DNA of 64,000 nt, from NCBI GenBank assembly GCA_964383535.1, contig CAYLHS010000001.1:20026-84025 (forward strand), written 5' to 3'. Both the position numbers and the translations under genes were made by a program. This stretch comes from an uncultured Acidimicrobiia bacterium (lineage in GTDB: Bacteria; Actinomycetota; Acidimicrobiia; Spongiisociales; UBA4744). The notes beneath the pieces are model-generated. The model searched no databases. It was not told the origin of the DNA and worked only from the letters and a program-made list of their open reading frames with translations. Shown piece by piece: positions 1 through 9,643 of the stretch. How positions within the stretch are numbered: the first letter of the stretch is position 1; every line of letters starts with the position of its first letter.

Positions 1-963
1 TTTGCCGTTCCTGGACTCGTCGACGCGCACGCCCACCTTGCTCTCGCGAGCCCGGCGGGTGGCGAAGCTCCGGAATACCAACGGATCACAGCAAGCGCGC
101 GTGCCCAACTCGACGCTGGGGTGCTGCTCGTTCGCGAGCCGGGGAGCCCCACCCGCGCCGCCCGCGATCTCGGCCCGGAGCAAGGACTCCCGAGAATCCA
201 GACGGCAGGACGATTCGTTGCCGGGGTCGGGCGCTACTTCCCAGGATTGGCACGTGAAGTCACACCCGACGAGTTGCCTGATGCAGCCGTCGACGAGTTC
301 CTATGGAGTAGCCATTGGGCGAAGGTTGTTGGCGACTTCTTCGACTCCGAAGGACGAATCGTGCCGGTATTCCCGCTCGAAGCACTGAAGGAAGCAGCCG
401 CGAGGGTTCACACCGCAGGTGGAAGGATCGCGATGCACTGCATGATGCCCGAGACCGTTGAACAGGCGATTGAAGCCGGCTTCGACAGCGTCGAACATGG
501 CACGGTCATGACGGCCGACCTCGTGAGAGCAATGGCGGAGCGCAACGTCACCTGGGTTCCGACCATGAGCATCGCACCCGTCGTCCGAGAGATGCTCGCC
601 TCAGATCCACACCTCGAAGAGGAGCCGGTGCTCTCCGGCCTCGACGTCCACCCAGGAATGGTGCGGCTGGCCGCCGAACTCGGTGTCCGGGTGCTCGCCG
701 GGACAGACGCAGGGATGGTGGCCCATGGCACGATCGGTACCGAAGTACGCCTCCTCGCCGCGGCCGGTCTCACATCCCGGGAGGCGCTGGGGGCGGCGTC
801 GTGGGAGGCCAGACGGTACCTCGGGCTCCCGCTCATCGAAGACGGTGCACCAGCGGACCTCGTCATCTACCCCGACGACCCGACACACGACCTGTCGGTG
901 CTTGCCCACCCGTCGTTGATCATGATCGACGGTCGAGTCATCCTTCCGCACTCACCTGGATAG
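1..963 (+). CDS. amidohydrolase family protein (5' partial, runs off window start)
   Basis: Frame 1 is open from nt 1 (FAVPGLVDAHAHLALAS...), carrying the metal-binding HxH motif typical of the amidohydrolase superfamily; the C-terminal part has AGTDAG...DLVIYPDDP. The ORF track shows only 121..963 because that is the first Met. Confidence 0.7.
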   Translation, partial: FAVPGLVDAHAHLALASPAGGEAPEYQRITASARAQLDAGVLLVREPGSPTRAARDLGPEQGLPRIQTAGRFVAGVGRYFPGLAREVTPDELPDAAVDEFLWSSHWAKVVGDFFDSEGRIVPVFPLEALKEAAARVHTAGGRIAMHCMMPETVEQAIEAGFDSVEHGTVMTADLVRAMAERNVTWVPTMSIAPVVREMLASDPHLEEEPVLSGLDVHPGMVRLAAELGVRVLAGTDAGMVAHGTIGTEVRLLAAAGLTSREALGAASWEARRYLGLPLIEDGAPADLVIYPDDPTHDLSVLAHPSLIMIDGRVILPHSPG

Positions 964-1025
964 TCAGTCCCTCCTCGGTATGCTCGGCACAGGTTTGGCG
1001 CGAAGCAATCCGGGAGGGAGCAGAA

Positions 1026-1392
1026 GTGAACCATGTGCACGTCGCCAAGGGGTCCGGCATCACCGATGCGGACGCGGCCGGTGGGGTCAGTCGCCGGACC
1101 GCTGTCGACGAACCCACGCTCTGGGCAGGGATTTCGACGGTACCGGCAGGTGCCTCCACCGGGTGGCATCACCACGGAACCAACACCACCGGTGTTCTCC
1201 ATGCTGTCGGGCACACTGACGGTTGAACATGGAGACGACGAATCCTCTGAAGCGACGACGGGGGACTTCGTGGTAGTTCCGGCAGGTGTCGAGCACAGAG
1301 AAATCGTCAGCAGCAATGTTGACGTTCGGGCGGTTGTCATGCGTTTCGGCGACGGCGAAGGACCGCTGGTCGTCGACGTGGACAGGGGATGA
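1026..1392 (+). pseudogene. cupin-domain protein with apparent +1 frameshift near 1195-1200
   Basis: A GTG at 1026 sits 5 nt after a GGGAGGGAG ribosome-binding site. Frame 0 encodes cupin motif 1 (GASTGWHHHGTNTTG) then stops at 1226. Frame +1 continues with cupin motif 2 (VFSMLSGTLTVEHGDDE...GDFVVVPAGVEHREI) to 1392. The total length, 367 nt, is not a multiple of 3. Confidence 0.4.
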
Positions 1393-1400
1393 CAGGGGCA

Positions 1401-1838
1401 CTAGCTGCGGGTCAGGTGCTTGACACCGAACGGAACGAGCCGGTCGTCCTCGCGTGAGAACTGCTTGATGCTCCACCCGTCACCCTCTGGAATCACGTCG
1501 GTCACGAACTCGCCTTGACGGTAGGGGAACGCGAATCGGACGCCCCCGTCCTCCAAAGGGGATCCCGGCCCCGGAGTTGAGTATGCCGCTCCGAACGTGT
1601 CGAAGAGAAACATCATCAGATGTCCCTGTTCCGCGGGATCCCATCCGATGAACGCGAAGGCCTCGTACGGTGTGTCCGTCAAGGGGGTAACGGTCGACGG
1701 CAGATAGTGCATCCTGAGGTAGGCGCCACCGAGCACCCATTCGACCTTCACCTCCTGTACGAGGCGTTTGCCGAGAATCTCGCCCTCGAGATGCCAGTCG
1801 CCAACAAGGCCGTCGAGTGTGCGCACTGGAAAACCCAT
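1401..1838 (-). CDS. hypothetical protein (DUF1579-like beta-barrel; family assignment is from memory only)
   Basis: A 145-aa ORF with coding-like composition, W/G-rich (GDWHLEGE...WVLGGAYL), and no overlap with other strong calls. Confidence 0.4.
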   Translation of the reverse strand: MGFPVRTLDGLVGDWHLEGEILGKRLVQEVKVEWVLGGAYLRMHYLPSTVTPLTDTPYEAFAFIGWDPAEQGHLMMFLFDTFGAAYSTPGPGSPLEDGGVRFAFPYRQGEFVTDVIPEGDGWSIKQFSREDDRLVPFGVKHLTRS

Positions 1839-1871
1839 GGGACGTATTGTCTCACGTAGCTGGCCGACGGC

Positions 1872-2030
1872 CTACGAGTCGGGGAGTGATGCGCCGATGA
1901 GATCGATGCCGATCTGGTCGACATCGTTGTAGTTGTTGGTCAACGCGACCACGTCGGCCTGCGGCCGTGCGAAGAAATCGAGGAAACAGCGGTACCCGCC
2001 CGTGGCTTCGTGGGTTTCCACCATTTCAAG
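1872..2030 (-). pseudogene. C-terminal remnant of a serine-hydrolase/beta-lactamase-family gene
   Basis: The last ~50 codons of ORF 1872..2327 (GGYRCFLDFFARPQADVVALTNNYNDVDQIGIDLIGASLPDS) align with the C-terminus of the full-length gene at 4030..5196 (GGYWCYVGFLQDKQVGVVVLTNTFHSVDQIGLDLLAKS). The upstream part of this ORF has no such similarity. Confidence 0.4.
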
Positions 2031-2238
2031 CGGCCAGATGACACCGCGTGTCCTCGTCCTCGAAGCATCGCCAGGTGCGCCTTCGTCCTTGCGATCCGGC
2101 GTAACTCGCCCAGCACATCGCCACCGTTGCCGGCCAGAGCGTTGACGACCGCGTCGGCCGCTCGCTCGCGGCGCCTCGCGGCGGATCAGCGCCCGGGAGG
2201 TATGATCTCCGCCGAAGAACGAGCCAGAGGACAGGGAC

Positions 2239-2841
2239 ATGAGGGCTCGAATGGTCGTGTGGCTGATCTGCCTCGCGCCATTCCTCGTCGGCTGCACGAA
2301 CCGCGGGGTTGAGCGAACCGTGCCCACCCAGCAGAACGACGTCTCATACTTCCCGATCGAGACTGCCGTCGACCTGGCCCGGATGTCGTCCGCGGTGGTG
2401 GTTGGCGAGTTCGAACGGGTCGAGAGCGACGTCTGGGTGGAACCTACGGACGCCGAGGATCAATCGGGTCCAGTGACCGAGTACGACGGTTGGGTGTTTC
2501 GCCCGGTCGAATGGGTCAAGGGAGGCGGTGACGACGAGATCGTGATGGTCCTTCCCTCCGCTGTACGTGATGCCGAGAGCGGCGAGACCATGTCTCGTTT
2601 CAGCCTCGACAGCTACCCGGCCTTCGACGTTGGGCAGCGCTTCGTGCTGTTCCTCGCTCGAGTCGGAGAAACCGGCTTCTGGGTGCCCACCGCCGGACCC
2701 CTCGGGGTCGCTGAAATCACAGTCGCGGGGACGCTACGTCTGTCATCTGGCACCGACCTGTCAGGCGACAGGCCGCTCGAGGAGTACCAGGGGCACGACG
2801 TGGCCGAGCTGATCGACGCAGTCCGGGACTCCGAGCGCTGA
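2239..2841 (+). CDS. hypothetical lipoprotein
   Basis: N-terminal signal peptide with a lipobox (LAPFLVGC, Cys +1); alternative start at the Met of MVVWLICLAP; no recognisable catalytic motif. Confidence 0.5.
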   Translation: MRARMVVWLICLAPFLVGCTNRGVERTVPTQQNDVSYFPIETAVDLARMSSAVVVGEFERVESDVWVEPTDAEDQSGPVTEYDGWVFRPVEWVKGGGDDEIVMVLPSAVRDAESGETMSRFSLDSYPAFDVGQRFVLFLARVGETGFWVPTAGPLGVAEITVAGTLRLSSGTDLSGDRPLEEYQGHDVAELIDAVRDSER

Positions 2842-3101
2842 TCGCCCGCGGGACTACTCACGCGTGTCGGCTGGTCAGATCACCTGGGACGTTGTGCGTT
2901 GAGATGCTGCGGTTCAGGTGGGGGAGTAGTCAAGGGGACCTCTGGTGAATGGTCATCCATGATCCGTGAGTGGATGGAGTGTCTTCCGGCTGGAACTGCC
3001 TGCAACGCTCCAGCCAGGCGAGTCCTGCAGACGCAGGAGCGGCGGTCCACCTTCGATCCTCCGGACGAATCCCGGATCTGGAGGGCGGCTAGCCTCGCCG
3101 G

Positions 3102-3857
3102 ATGCGATTCCGTGAGATCGACCGACACCTTCGGGAGGGTCTGGCCAGGTACGGGCGCGTCGAGGCCACGCTCTTCGACAGTCCGGGTACGACGATCGCC
3201 CCGGTCGAAGACAGGGAGAGAACCAGCCGAGCGTCGGCCTACCTGGTCGGTGCTCACACCATCATCTACTGCGATTCCGCGGTCGCCGACACCGTCCGGT
3301 TGCTGGCGGATCCCGCCAGGTCGTTGCCACCGTCGGAGCTCAGAGGCTGGGCGACAGGGCACGGCTACGAATTCGAAGGCGGCGGCTGGATCCACCTTGT
3401 AGACGCGTCGATGATGAGGCCACCAGACCTTCCTGAGGGCACGACCCCGATTGTGCTCGACGCTGACGATCCCGACGACCGGGCGCTCATCGCCGACTTG
3501 GTGGATGCAGTCGGACCCGACGACGCGGACGAGGCGGATGTGAATCTCGACAACCTCGACCCGTTCATCCTGGCGCTCGTCGATCAACAGGGCAGGATCG
3601 GTGCCTACGCCAGCGAACGGCCCTTCGAGTACGGAGAGAGCTTCGCCGACATTGCCGTTCTCACCCGTCCGGAGATGCGCGCGCAAGGGTGGGGGAGCGC
3701 CGCCGTGTCGACACTGTGCGAACAGATCTTCGACCGAGGTCGGCTGCCGCTGTACCGCTGCAATTGGGAGAACTCGGGTTCACGCCGTCTCGCACTGTCG
3801 CTCGGATTCGTCGAAACGGTCACGCTCGCCGCAATGCACCTGCACGTTCGGCCCTGA
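3102..3857 (+). CDS. GNAT-family N-acetyltransferase (tentative)
   Basis: The C-terminal half has GNAT-like acetyl-CoA binding-region spacing (RAQGWGSAAVSTLCEQIFDRGRLPLYRCNWENSGSRRLALSLGF). Confidence 0.45.
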   Translation: MRFREIDRHLREGLARYGRVEATLFDSPGTTIAPVEDRERTSRASAYLVGAHTIIYCDSAVADTVRLLADPARSLPPSELRGWATGHGYEFEGGGWIHLVDASMMRPPDLPEGTTPIVLDADDPDDRALIADLVDAVGPDDADEADVNLDNLDPFILALVDQQGRIGAYASERPFEYGESFADIAVLTRPEMRAQGWGSAAVSTLCEQIFDRGRLPLYRCNWENSGSRRLALSLGFVETVTLAAMHLHVRP

Positions 3858-3903
3858 ACAGCCGGCACGCTCCAACGAGTAGGTTCGTGTCAGGAGGACA
3901 CAC

Positions 3904-4017
3904 ATGGAGTCACGCAACATCAACCCCTGGCTCTTGGTCCTGATGTCGATCGCCGTCGCCTGGATCGTTGCCCGAATCGCATTTGCCGCGACTCGGCATC
4001 AGACGGAGAACGGATAG
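3904..4017 (+). CDS. small hydrophobic peptide (37 aa), hypothetical
   Basis: ATG sits 5 nt after a strong AGGAGGA ribosome-binding site. Sequence MESRNINPWLLVLMSIAVAWIVARIAFAATRHQTENG* gives one predicted TM helix. Not in the ORF track because it is under 60 aa. Confidence 0.3.
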   Translation: MESRNINPWLLVLMSIAVAWIVARIAFAATRHQTENG

Positions 4018-4029
4018 CTCAATCTCGAG

Positions 4030-5196
4030 CTACGACTTCGCGAGCAGGTCGAGGCCGATCTGATCGACGCTGTGAAAGGTGTTGGTGAGAACAACGACTC
4101 CGACCTGTTTGTCCTGGAGGAACCCCACGTAGCACCAGTACCCGCCGGTGGCACCGTGGTCCTCGACGACCTCCCCGTAGCTTCGATGGTGGATGTGCCA
4201 GCCAAGGCCGACACCGTAGATGTCGTCCGCTTGGTGGAAGCGCTGGTGAGTGAGCTGCATCGCGTCGAAGAGGTCCGACTCCTGGAGGCCGAGATTCGCC
4301 GCCAGGTAGGTGAGGAGATCGCGCACCGTGCTCCTCAGCTCGCCCGCCCCTGCGAGCGTCGGGTTGTCCCACAGCGGAAAGACCACCTTGTCGCGATACC
4401 CGAGTGCGAGGCGGCTCTCCATGTCTGAAGTCAGGGTCGCCCGTGTGTCCGGCATTCCGAGCACATCGGTAATTCTGGAGATCACGAGATCCTCGTAGCT
4501 CATCCCGCTGTGCAGCTCGAGGATGTGTCCCAGCACGCCCATCCCGAAGTTCGAGTACTGGTACTCCGACCCGGGTGCGGTCGACAGCTCCACGGTTCCG
4601 AGCTCCTCGTACATCTGATCGAACGTGTAGTCGGCGTACGGCCTCAGCTCATCGGCGGGGTTCAGGTTGCTGGGCAGGTTCGGCAACCCAGACGTGTGCG
4701 TGGCGAGATCCACGAGCGTGATCGAGCGACCCTCGTACGTGGGCACGTCGACGTCGGCGGGGAGATACTCCTCGATCGGATCGGAGAGCGCCAACTCGTT
4801 GTGCTGCACCATGTCGGCGAGAAGGATTCCCGTGAACGATTTGCCAGTGGAGCCGATCTCGAAGACCGTATCCTCGTCGAGTGGACGACCCCCTTCCAAG
4901 CTCGAGGCGCCGTACGCGAAGACGTCTTGTCCGCAGGGACCGACGACACCCATGACGATGCCCACGTTCGCCTCTATATCGACATACGAGCGGACTTCGT
5001 CTTTGATCGACTCCGGGATGCCGCACGGGGCAGCAGCCGTGGTGCTGGTTGTCGCGGGGGCGTTGGTCGTCGTGGAGGCGCTGGTTGTCGGAAGAACGGT
5101 TGTCGACGGGCTGTTCGTCGTCGTGTCGGCCGTCGATGGCGTGCACGACGCGAGGAACAGAGTCGTTGCCAGAGCGAGTCGCACTGCCGGTCGCAT
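4030..5196 (-). CDS. serine hydrolase / class C beta-lactamase-family lipoprotein
   Basis: Start reset to the Met of MRPAVRLALATTLFLASC (lipobox), which sits 10 nt after a GAGAGGGA ribosome-binding site. A Thr/Ser-rich linker follows, then the SxxK motif GSTGKSF. The 494-aa ORF-track version has a compositionally odd N-terminal extension. Confidence 0.75.
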   Translation of the reverse strand: MRPAVRLALATTLFLASCTPSTADTTTNSPSTTVLPTTSASTTTNAPATTSTTAAAPCGIPESIKDEVRSYVDIEANVGIVMGVVGPCGQDVFAYGASSLEGGRPLDEDTVFEIGSTGKSFTGILLADMVQHNELALSDPIEEYLPADVDVPTYEGRSITLVDLATHTSGLPNLPSNLNPADELRPYADYTFDQMYEELGTVELSTAPGSEYQYSNFGMGVLGHILELHSGMSYEDLVISRITDVLGMPDTRATLTSDMESRLALGYRDKVVFPLWDNPTLAGAGELRSTVRDLLTYLAANLGLQESDLFDAMQLTHQRFHQADDIYGVGLGWHIHHRSYGEVVEDHGATGGYWCYVGFLQDKQVGVVVLTNTFHSVDQIGLDLLAKS

Positions 5197-5433
5197 GAGC
5201 CAATCGTATCCCTCTCGCTGACGGGCTACATGATCCGAGAGTGAACGACAACACCATGAGAACACCTGCTGCCGTGTATTCATCGCCGTTCCTTGTCTTG
5301 ACCGATGATCGAGGTGCCACCGCCAGTGCGACGGCGCGTGCGCTGTTCCGACGGCGTGTTTGGCGACCGAGCCGTGTCTCCCGGGCAAGGGACCCACATG
5401 GGCGGATATCCTCGAAGACGACAAGGAGGCGGA

Positions 5434-6849
5434 ATGGAGCAGACACCGGTGCGTGTCGCCGGCACACGAATCACTACCGATCAGTCCATCGAGGTCCGGA
5501 ATCCCTACTCGCACGAGGTCATCGGGCTCGTTCCAGCATGTGGCGCCGCCACCGTGACAACCGCCTGCGAAGCGGCCGCGATGACACTCGCACGCGACGA
5601 CTTCCCTCAGTATCGGAGAGCGGAAGTCCTCGAGAATGCAGCCCGACTCGTCTCCGAACGAATCGACGAGTTCGGTCGCACAATTGCACTCGAGGCCGGC
5701 AAACCGATTCGCACCGCCCGTGCCGAGGCGGCCCGTTGCGTCGACACGCTCACGTTTTCGGCTGCGGAAGCAAGGAAGCTCACCGGCGAGATGATCCCGA
5801 TGGACGCCTCCCGGTCAGGGTACGGGCGTCTCGCGTTCGCGCTACGGGTACCGATCGGCGTGGTCGCGGCGATCACACCGTTCAATTTCCCCTTGAACCT
5901 GGTCGCCCACAAACTCGCGCCTGCGATCGCCGCCGGCTGTCCCGTCGTCCTCAAGCCTGCATCGTCGACACCGTTCTCGTCGATCATGCTGGTCGAGTTG
6001 CTGATCGAAGCCGGTATGCCGGCCGACTGGATATCGATCGTGACCGGTTCCGGCAAGGAAGTCGGTGAGCCGCTGATCACCAACCCGATTCCGGCGCTGG
6101 TCACATTCACGGGAAGCCCCGCCGTGGGATGGCACATCCCGGCACAGGCCCCACGCAAGAAGATCTCACTCGAACTCGGCTCGAACTCGCCACTGATCGT
6201 CGAACCGGATGCAGATCTGGATCTCGTCGCCTCGAAGGTGCGGGTTGCGGGATTCTCGTACGCAGGTCAGAGCTGCATCTCGACCCAACGGGTCCTCGTG
6301 CACGAGTCCGTCCATGACCGGTTCGTCGAGATGCTCGCCGAAGCGATCGGAACACTCGTTGTCGGTGACCCCCTCGACGAGACGACCGACGTGGGACCAC
6401 TGATCTCGCCCGAAGAGACACAGCGGGTCCTCGGCTGGATCGACGCGGCGGTCGCCGACGGTGCCACCGTCGTGGCCGGCGGCGTACTGGAAGACGGCCT
6501 GCTCATGCCCACGCTCGTGGACAACGTCCCCCTCGATGTCGACCTCTGCGCAAAGGAGGTGTTCGGCCCCGTCGTGGCGATACTTTCCTACTCGACGTTC
6601 GACGAGGCCCTCGAGATCGCCGACATGGGCGACTACGGCCTCCACGCAGGGATCTTCACAACGGACCTGCATAAGGCGCTCAAAGCCGCACGGACGCTCC
6701 ACTTCGGTGGCGTCCTGATCAACGAGGTGCCCACCTATCGAGCCGACCAGCAACCGTACGGAGGTGTCAAGGACTCGGGGAACACTCGAGAAGGACCGGC
6801 CTACGCAGTACACGAGATGACGCAACTCCGCTTCATCCATCTCGGCTAG
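5434..6849 (+). CDS. NAD(P)-dependent aldehyde dehydrogenase (succinate-semialdehyde DH-like)
   Basis: ATG follows an AAGGAGG ribosome-binding site. ALDH hallmarks: ITPFNFP, catalytic Glu in LELGSNSP, catalytic Cys in GQSCIS. Confidence 0.85.
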   Translation: MEQTPVRVAGTRITTDQSIEVRNPYSHEVIGLVPACGAATVTTACEAAAMTLARDDFPQYRRAEVLENAARLVSERIDEFGRTIALEAGKPIRTARAEAARCVDTLTFSAAEARKLTGEMIPMDASRSGYGRLAFALRVPIGVVAAITPFNFPLNLVAHKLAPAIAAGCPVVLKPASSTPFSSIMLVELLIEAGMPADWISIVTGSGKEVGEPLITNPIPALVTFTGSPAVGWHIPAQAPRKKISLELGSNSPLIVEPDADLDLVASKVRVAGFSYAGQSCISTQRVLVHESVHDRFVEMLAEAIGTLVVGDPLDETTDVGPLISPEETQRVLGWIDAAVADGATVVAGGVLEDGLLMPTLVDNVPLDVDLCAKEVFGPVVAILSYSTFDEALEIADMGDYGLHAGIFTTDLHKALKAARTLHFGGVLINEVPTYRADQQPYGGVKDSGNTREGPAYAVHEMTQLRFIHLG

Positions 6850-6860
6850 GAGGCAGCGCG

Positions 6861-8120
6861 ATGAGTACACGACTCTCCCCACTCCTCACCCAGGCGACCG
6901 GGGTGACGGCGGTCAGAGGTGAGGGCGTCTACCTGTACGACGCCGATGGCAGGCGATATCTCGACTTCACTTCAGGGATTGGGGTGACCAATACCGGTCA
7001 TTGCCATCCAGCGGTGGTCGAGGCCGCCCAACGTCAGGCAGGGGAGCTGATCCATGGGCAGTACACAACCGTGCTGCACCCTGCGCTCCTCGAGCTGACG
7101 GAACGTCTGGGGGACGTCCTCCCGGCCGAGCTCGACTCTCTGTTCTTCACGTCGGCGGGAACCGAAGCCGTTGAGGCGGCGACCAGACTCGCCAAGCAGA
7201 CGACGGGACGAACGAATCTCATCGTCTTTCAGGGTTCCTTTCATGGACGGACCACTGCCGCCCTGTCGATGACCACCTCCAAGGCGGCCTACCGGGCAGG
7301 CCTCCAGCCACTCATGGCGGGGGTATTCGTTGCGCCATTCCCCTACGCGTACCGGTACGGCTGGGACGAGGAGACGACCACCGCGTTCACGCTCAGGGAA
7401 CTCGACTACCTGTTTGCCACCCAGTCGGCGCCGCGAGAGACAGCAGCCATATTCGTCGAGCCCGTCCTCGGCGAAGGGGGCTATGTGCCGGCGACGCCGG
7501 GCTTCCTGGAAGGTCTTCGGGAGCGCTGTGACCGTCACGGCATCCTGCTCGTGATCGACGAGGTCCAGAGCGGCTTTGGCCGCACCGGACGCTTCTGGGG
7601 TCACGAGCACTACGACGTCCGCCCCGACGTGCTGGTTACGGCCAAGGGACTGGCTTCCGGATTCCCGCTGTCCGCGATCGCCGCATCCACAGAGCTGATG
7701 GAGCGTGCGTGGGCCGGCTCGCAGGGCGGCACGTACGGAGGAAACGCCGTCGCCTGTGCGGCGGCTGTCGCGACCCTCGACGTCATCCAGAAGGAGGGAC
7801 TGGTCGAGAACGCCGACACTCTCGGAGCGCACCTCATGACGGCGCTCGGCGGGCTCCAGCAACGCTACCCGGTGATCGGTGACGTGCGAGGCAAGGGGCT
7901 GATGGTGGCCACGGAGTTCTCGACCGGCGGCGAACCCGACTCGAGCCGCGCGAAGCAGGTACAGAAGGCCGTGGAACAGCGGGGCCTTCTGATGCTGACA
8001 TGTGGGCCGCTCGGCAATGTGATCCGGTGGATTCCACCTCTCATTGTGACGAGCGAGCAGATCGACCATGCATTGGGGCTCTTCGAGGAGGCCCTCGCCG
8101 AGACCGCAAAGGAGACCTGA
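6861..8120 (+). CDS. class III (omega) aminotransferase, 4-aminobutyrate aminotransferase-like
   Basis: DEVQSGFGRTG motif and PLP lysine in TAKGLASG; lies immediately downstream of the ALDH. Confidence 0.85.
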   Translation: MSTRLSPLLTQATGVTAVRGEGVYLYDADGRRYLDFTSGIGVTNTGHCHPAVVEAAQRQAGELIHGQYTTVLHPALLELTERLGDVLPAELDSLFFTSAGTEAVEAATRLAKQTTGRTNLIVFQGSFHGRTTAALSMTTSKAAYRAGLQPLMAGVFVAPFPYAYRYGWDEETTTAFTLRELDYLFATQSAPRETAAIFVEPVLGEGGYVPATPGFLEGLRERCDRHGILLVIDEVQSGFGRTGRFWGHEHYDVRPDVLVTAKGLASGFPLSAIAASTELMERAWAGSQGGTYGGNAVACAAAVATLDVIQKEGLVENADTLGAHLMTALGGLQQRYPVIGDVRGKGLMVATEFSTGGEPDSSRAKQVQKAVEQRGLLMLTCGPLGNVIRWIPPLIVTSEQIDHALGLFEEALAETAKET

Positions 8121-9553
8121 TGAACTGGGGTATGTGGATTGATGGCCGCTGGGAGAAGGGTGCCGATGCAGCGACCAGCCGGCTGGAGAACCCGGCGACT
8201 GGAGAAGCCACGGAGGAAGTGGTCGAAGCGGGCCAGGTGGACGTGGACAAGGCGGTAAGCGCGGCGTCGCGCGCATTTTCGAGCTGGAGGCGGCTGAGTC
8301 CCGCGGAGCGATCGGAGATGATCTACCGGCTCGCGCAGCTCCTCGACCAACGCGCCGACGAGTTCGCACGCGTCGAGACCGAAGACACCGGCAAGCCATA
8401 CCCCTCGATGAGTCTCGAAGGTGACGTGGCGTTCTCTGTCGACAACCTGAAGTTCTTCGCCGGTGCCGCCCGAAGCTGGGTGGGCACCGCCGCCGGGGAC
8501 TTCATGGAGGGCTACACCTCGTTGCTGCGACGCGAGCCTGTCGGCGTGGTCGGACAGATCACACCATGGAACTACCCCCTCAACATGGGCGTTTGGAAGA
8601 TCGGTCCCGCGCTCGCGGCAGGCTGCACGATCGTGTTGAAACCGGCGCCGACGACGCCCCGTACCACGCTCATGCTCGCCGAATTGTCCAAGGAGGCAGG
8701 GTTCCCGGATGGTGTGCTCAACGTCGTGACCGGGGGAGCGGCTGCCGGACAGGCGATCGTTGAGCATCCGGGTATTCGGATGGTGTCACTCACAGGGTCG
8801 ACAGCGACCGGCAGAAAGGTGATGGAAACCGCCGCCAAGACGCTCAAGCGAGTCCACCTCGAGCTCGGCGGCAAAGCGCCCTTGGTGGTGTTCGATGATG
8901 CCGACCTGGACGGTCTCGCAGCCGGCGCAACCGAAGGGGCAACCGCCAACTCGGGCCAGGACTGCACAGCGGCGACGCGCGTCTACGTCGAGCGCAGCCA
9001 GTACGACGCCGCAGTCGAGATGATCGTCGAGGCAATGAGCGGCGTGAAAGTGGGCGACCCGTACGACGCTGACGTCGCCATGGGGCCGCTCATTTCACAC
9101 GCGCAGCGTGTACGTGTGGCCGGGTTCGTTCGGCGAGCGGTGGCCGCGGGAGCTCGGGTGGTGCTCGGCGGTGATGTACCCGCCGGTCTCGACCGGGGCT
9201 ACTTCTTCTCTCCCACCGTCATCACCGACGCGGATCAACACTCGGAGATCGTCCAGAGCGAGATCTTCGGACCGGTGCTCGTCGTGCTGCCCTTCGACAC
9301 CGAGGAAGAGGCGATCCGGCTGAGCAACGACGTCACCTATGGGCTCGCCGCGTCCGTGTGGACAAAGGACATCGCGAGAGCGATGCGCGTGTCAGCCGCA
9401 CTCGACTTCGGCACCGTCTGGATCAACGACCATCTCCCGGTCACCTCGGAGTTCCCGCATGGCGGGTTCAAGGAGTCGGGCTTCGGGAAGGACCTCAGCG
9501 AGGAGGCGGTGCTCGACTACACGGTGTCGAAGCACGTGATGATCAAGACGTAG
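8120..9553 (+). CDS. aldehyde dehydrogenase (aminobutyraldehyde/betaine-aldehyde DH-like)
   Basis: Start MNWGMWIDGRW overlaps the upstream stop by 1 nt (TGATG) after an AAGGAG ribosome-binding site; ELGGKAP and GQDCTA motifs. Confidence 0.85.
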   Translation: MNWGMWIDGRWEKGADAATSRLENPATGEATEEVVEAGQVDVDKAVSAASRAFSSWRRLSPAERSEMIYRLAQLLDQRADEFARVETEDTGKPYPSMSLEGDVAFSVDNLKFFAGAARSWVGTAAGDFMEGYTSLLRREPVGVVGQITPWNYPLNMGVWKIGPALAAGCTIVLKPAPTTPRTTLMLAELSKEAGFPDGVLNVVTGGAAAGQAIVEHPGIRMVSLTGSTATGRKVMETAAKTLKRVHLELGGKAPLVVFDDADLDGLAAGATEGATANSGQDCTAATRVYVERSQYDAAVEMIVEAMSGVKVGDPYDADVAMGPLISHAQRVRVAGFVRRAVAAGARVVLGGDVPAGLDRGYFFSPTVITDADQHSEIVQSEIFGPVLVVLPFDTEEEAIRLSNDVTYGLAASVWTKDIARAMRVSAALDFGTVWINDHLPVTSEFPHGGFKESGFGKDLSEEAVLDYTVSKHVMIKT

Positions 9554-9643
9554 GGTCCGTTCCACGGCTACATCGGCTGCGTCGGTGGGAACAGCCCCCT
9601 CCGGCGTCGGCCTTCAGCCTCGCGAGGGGAGGAAATGGCCGCC

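Noticed and set aside
2880-3686. 268-aa minus-strand ORF overlapping the GNAT gene.
   Set aside because: It is antisense to a plausible GNAT CDS, has an arginine-rich junk translation and no ribosome-binding site.
6972-8399. Long antisense ORFs throughout the window (for example 6972..8399 -, 16060..17049 -, 21025..22542 -, 39876..42188 -, 30567..31675 -).
   Set aside because: They lie antisense to genes with strong family signatures and have R/P/G-rich low-complexity translations. Stop-codon scarcity in about 68% GC DNA makes such shadow ORFs expected.
9554-9643. Convergent gap between an ALDH and mmsA, checked for a terminator hairpin.
   Set aside because: Only short palindromes (CTCGCGAG) and weak stems of 5 bp or fewer are present, which is too weak to call.
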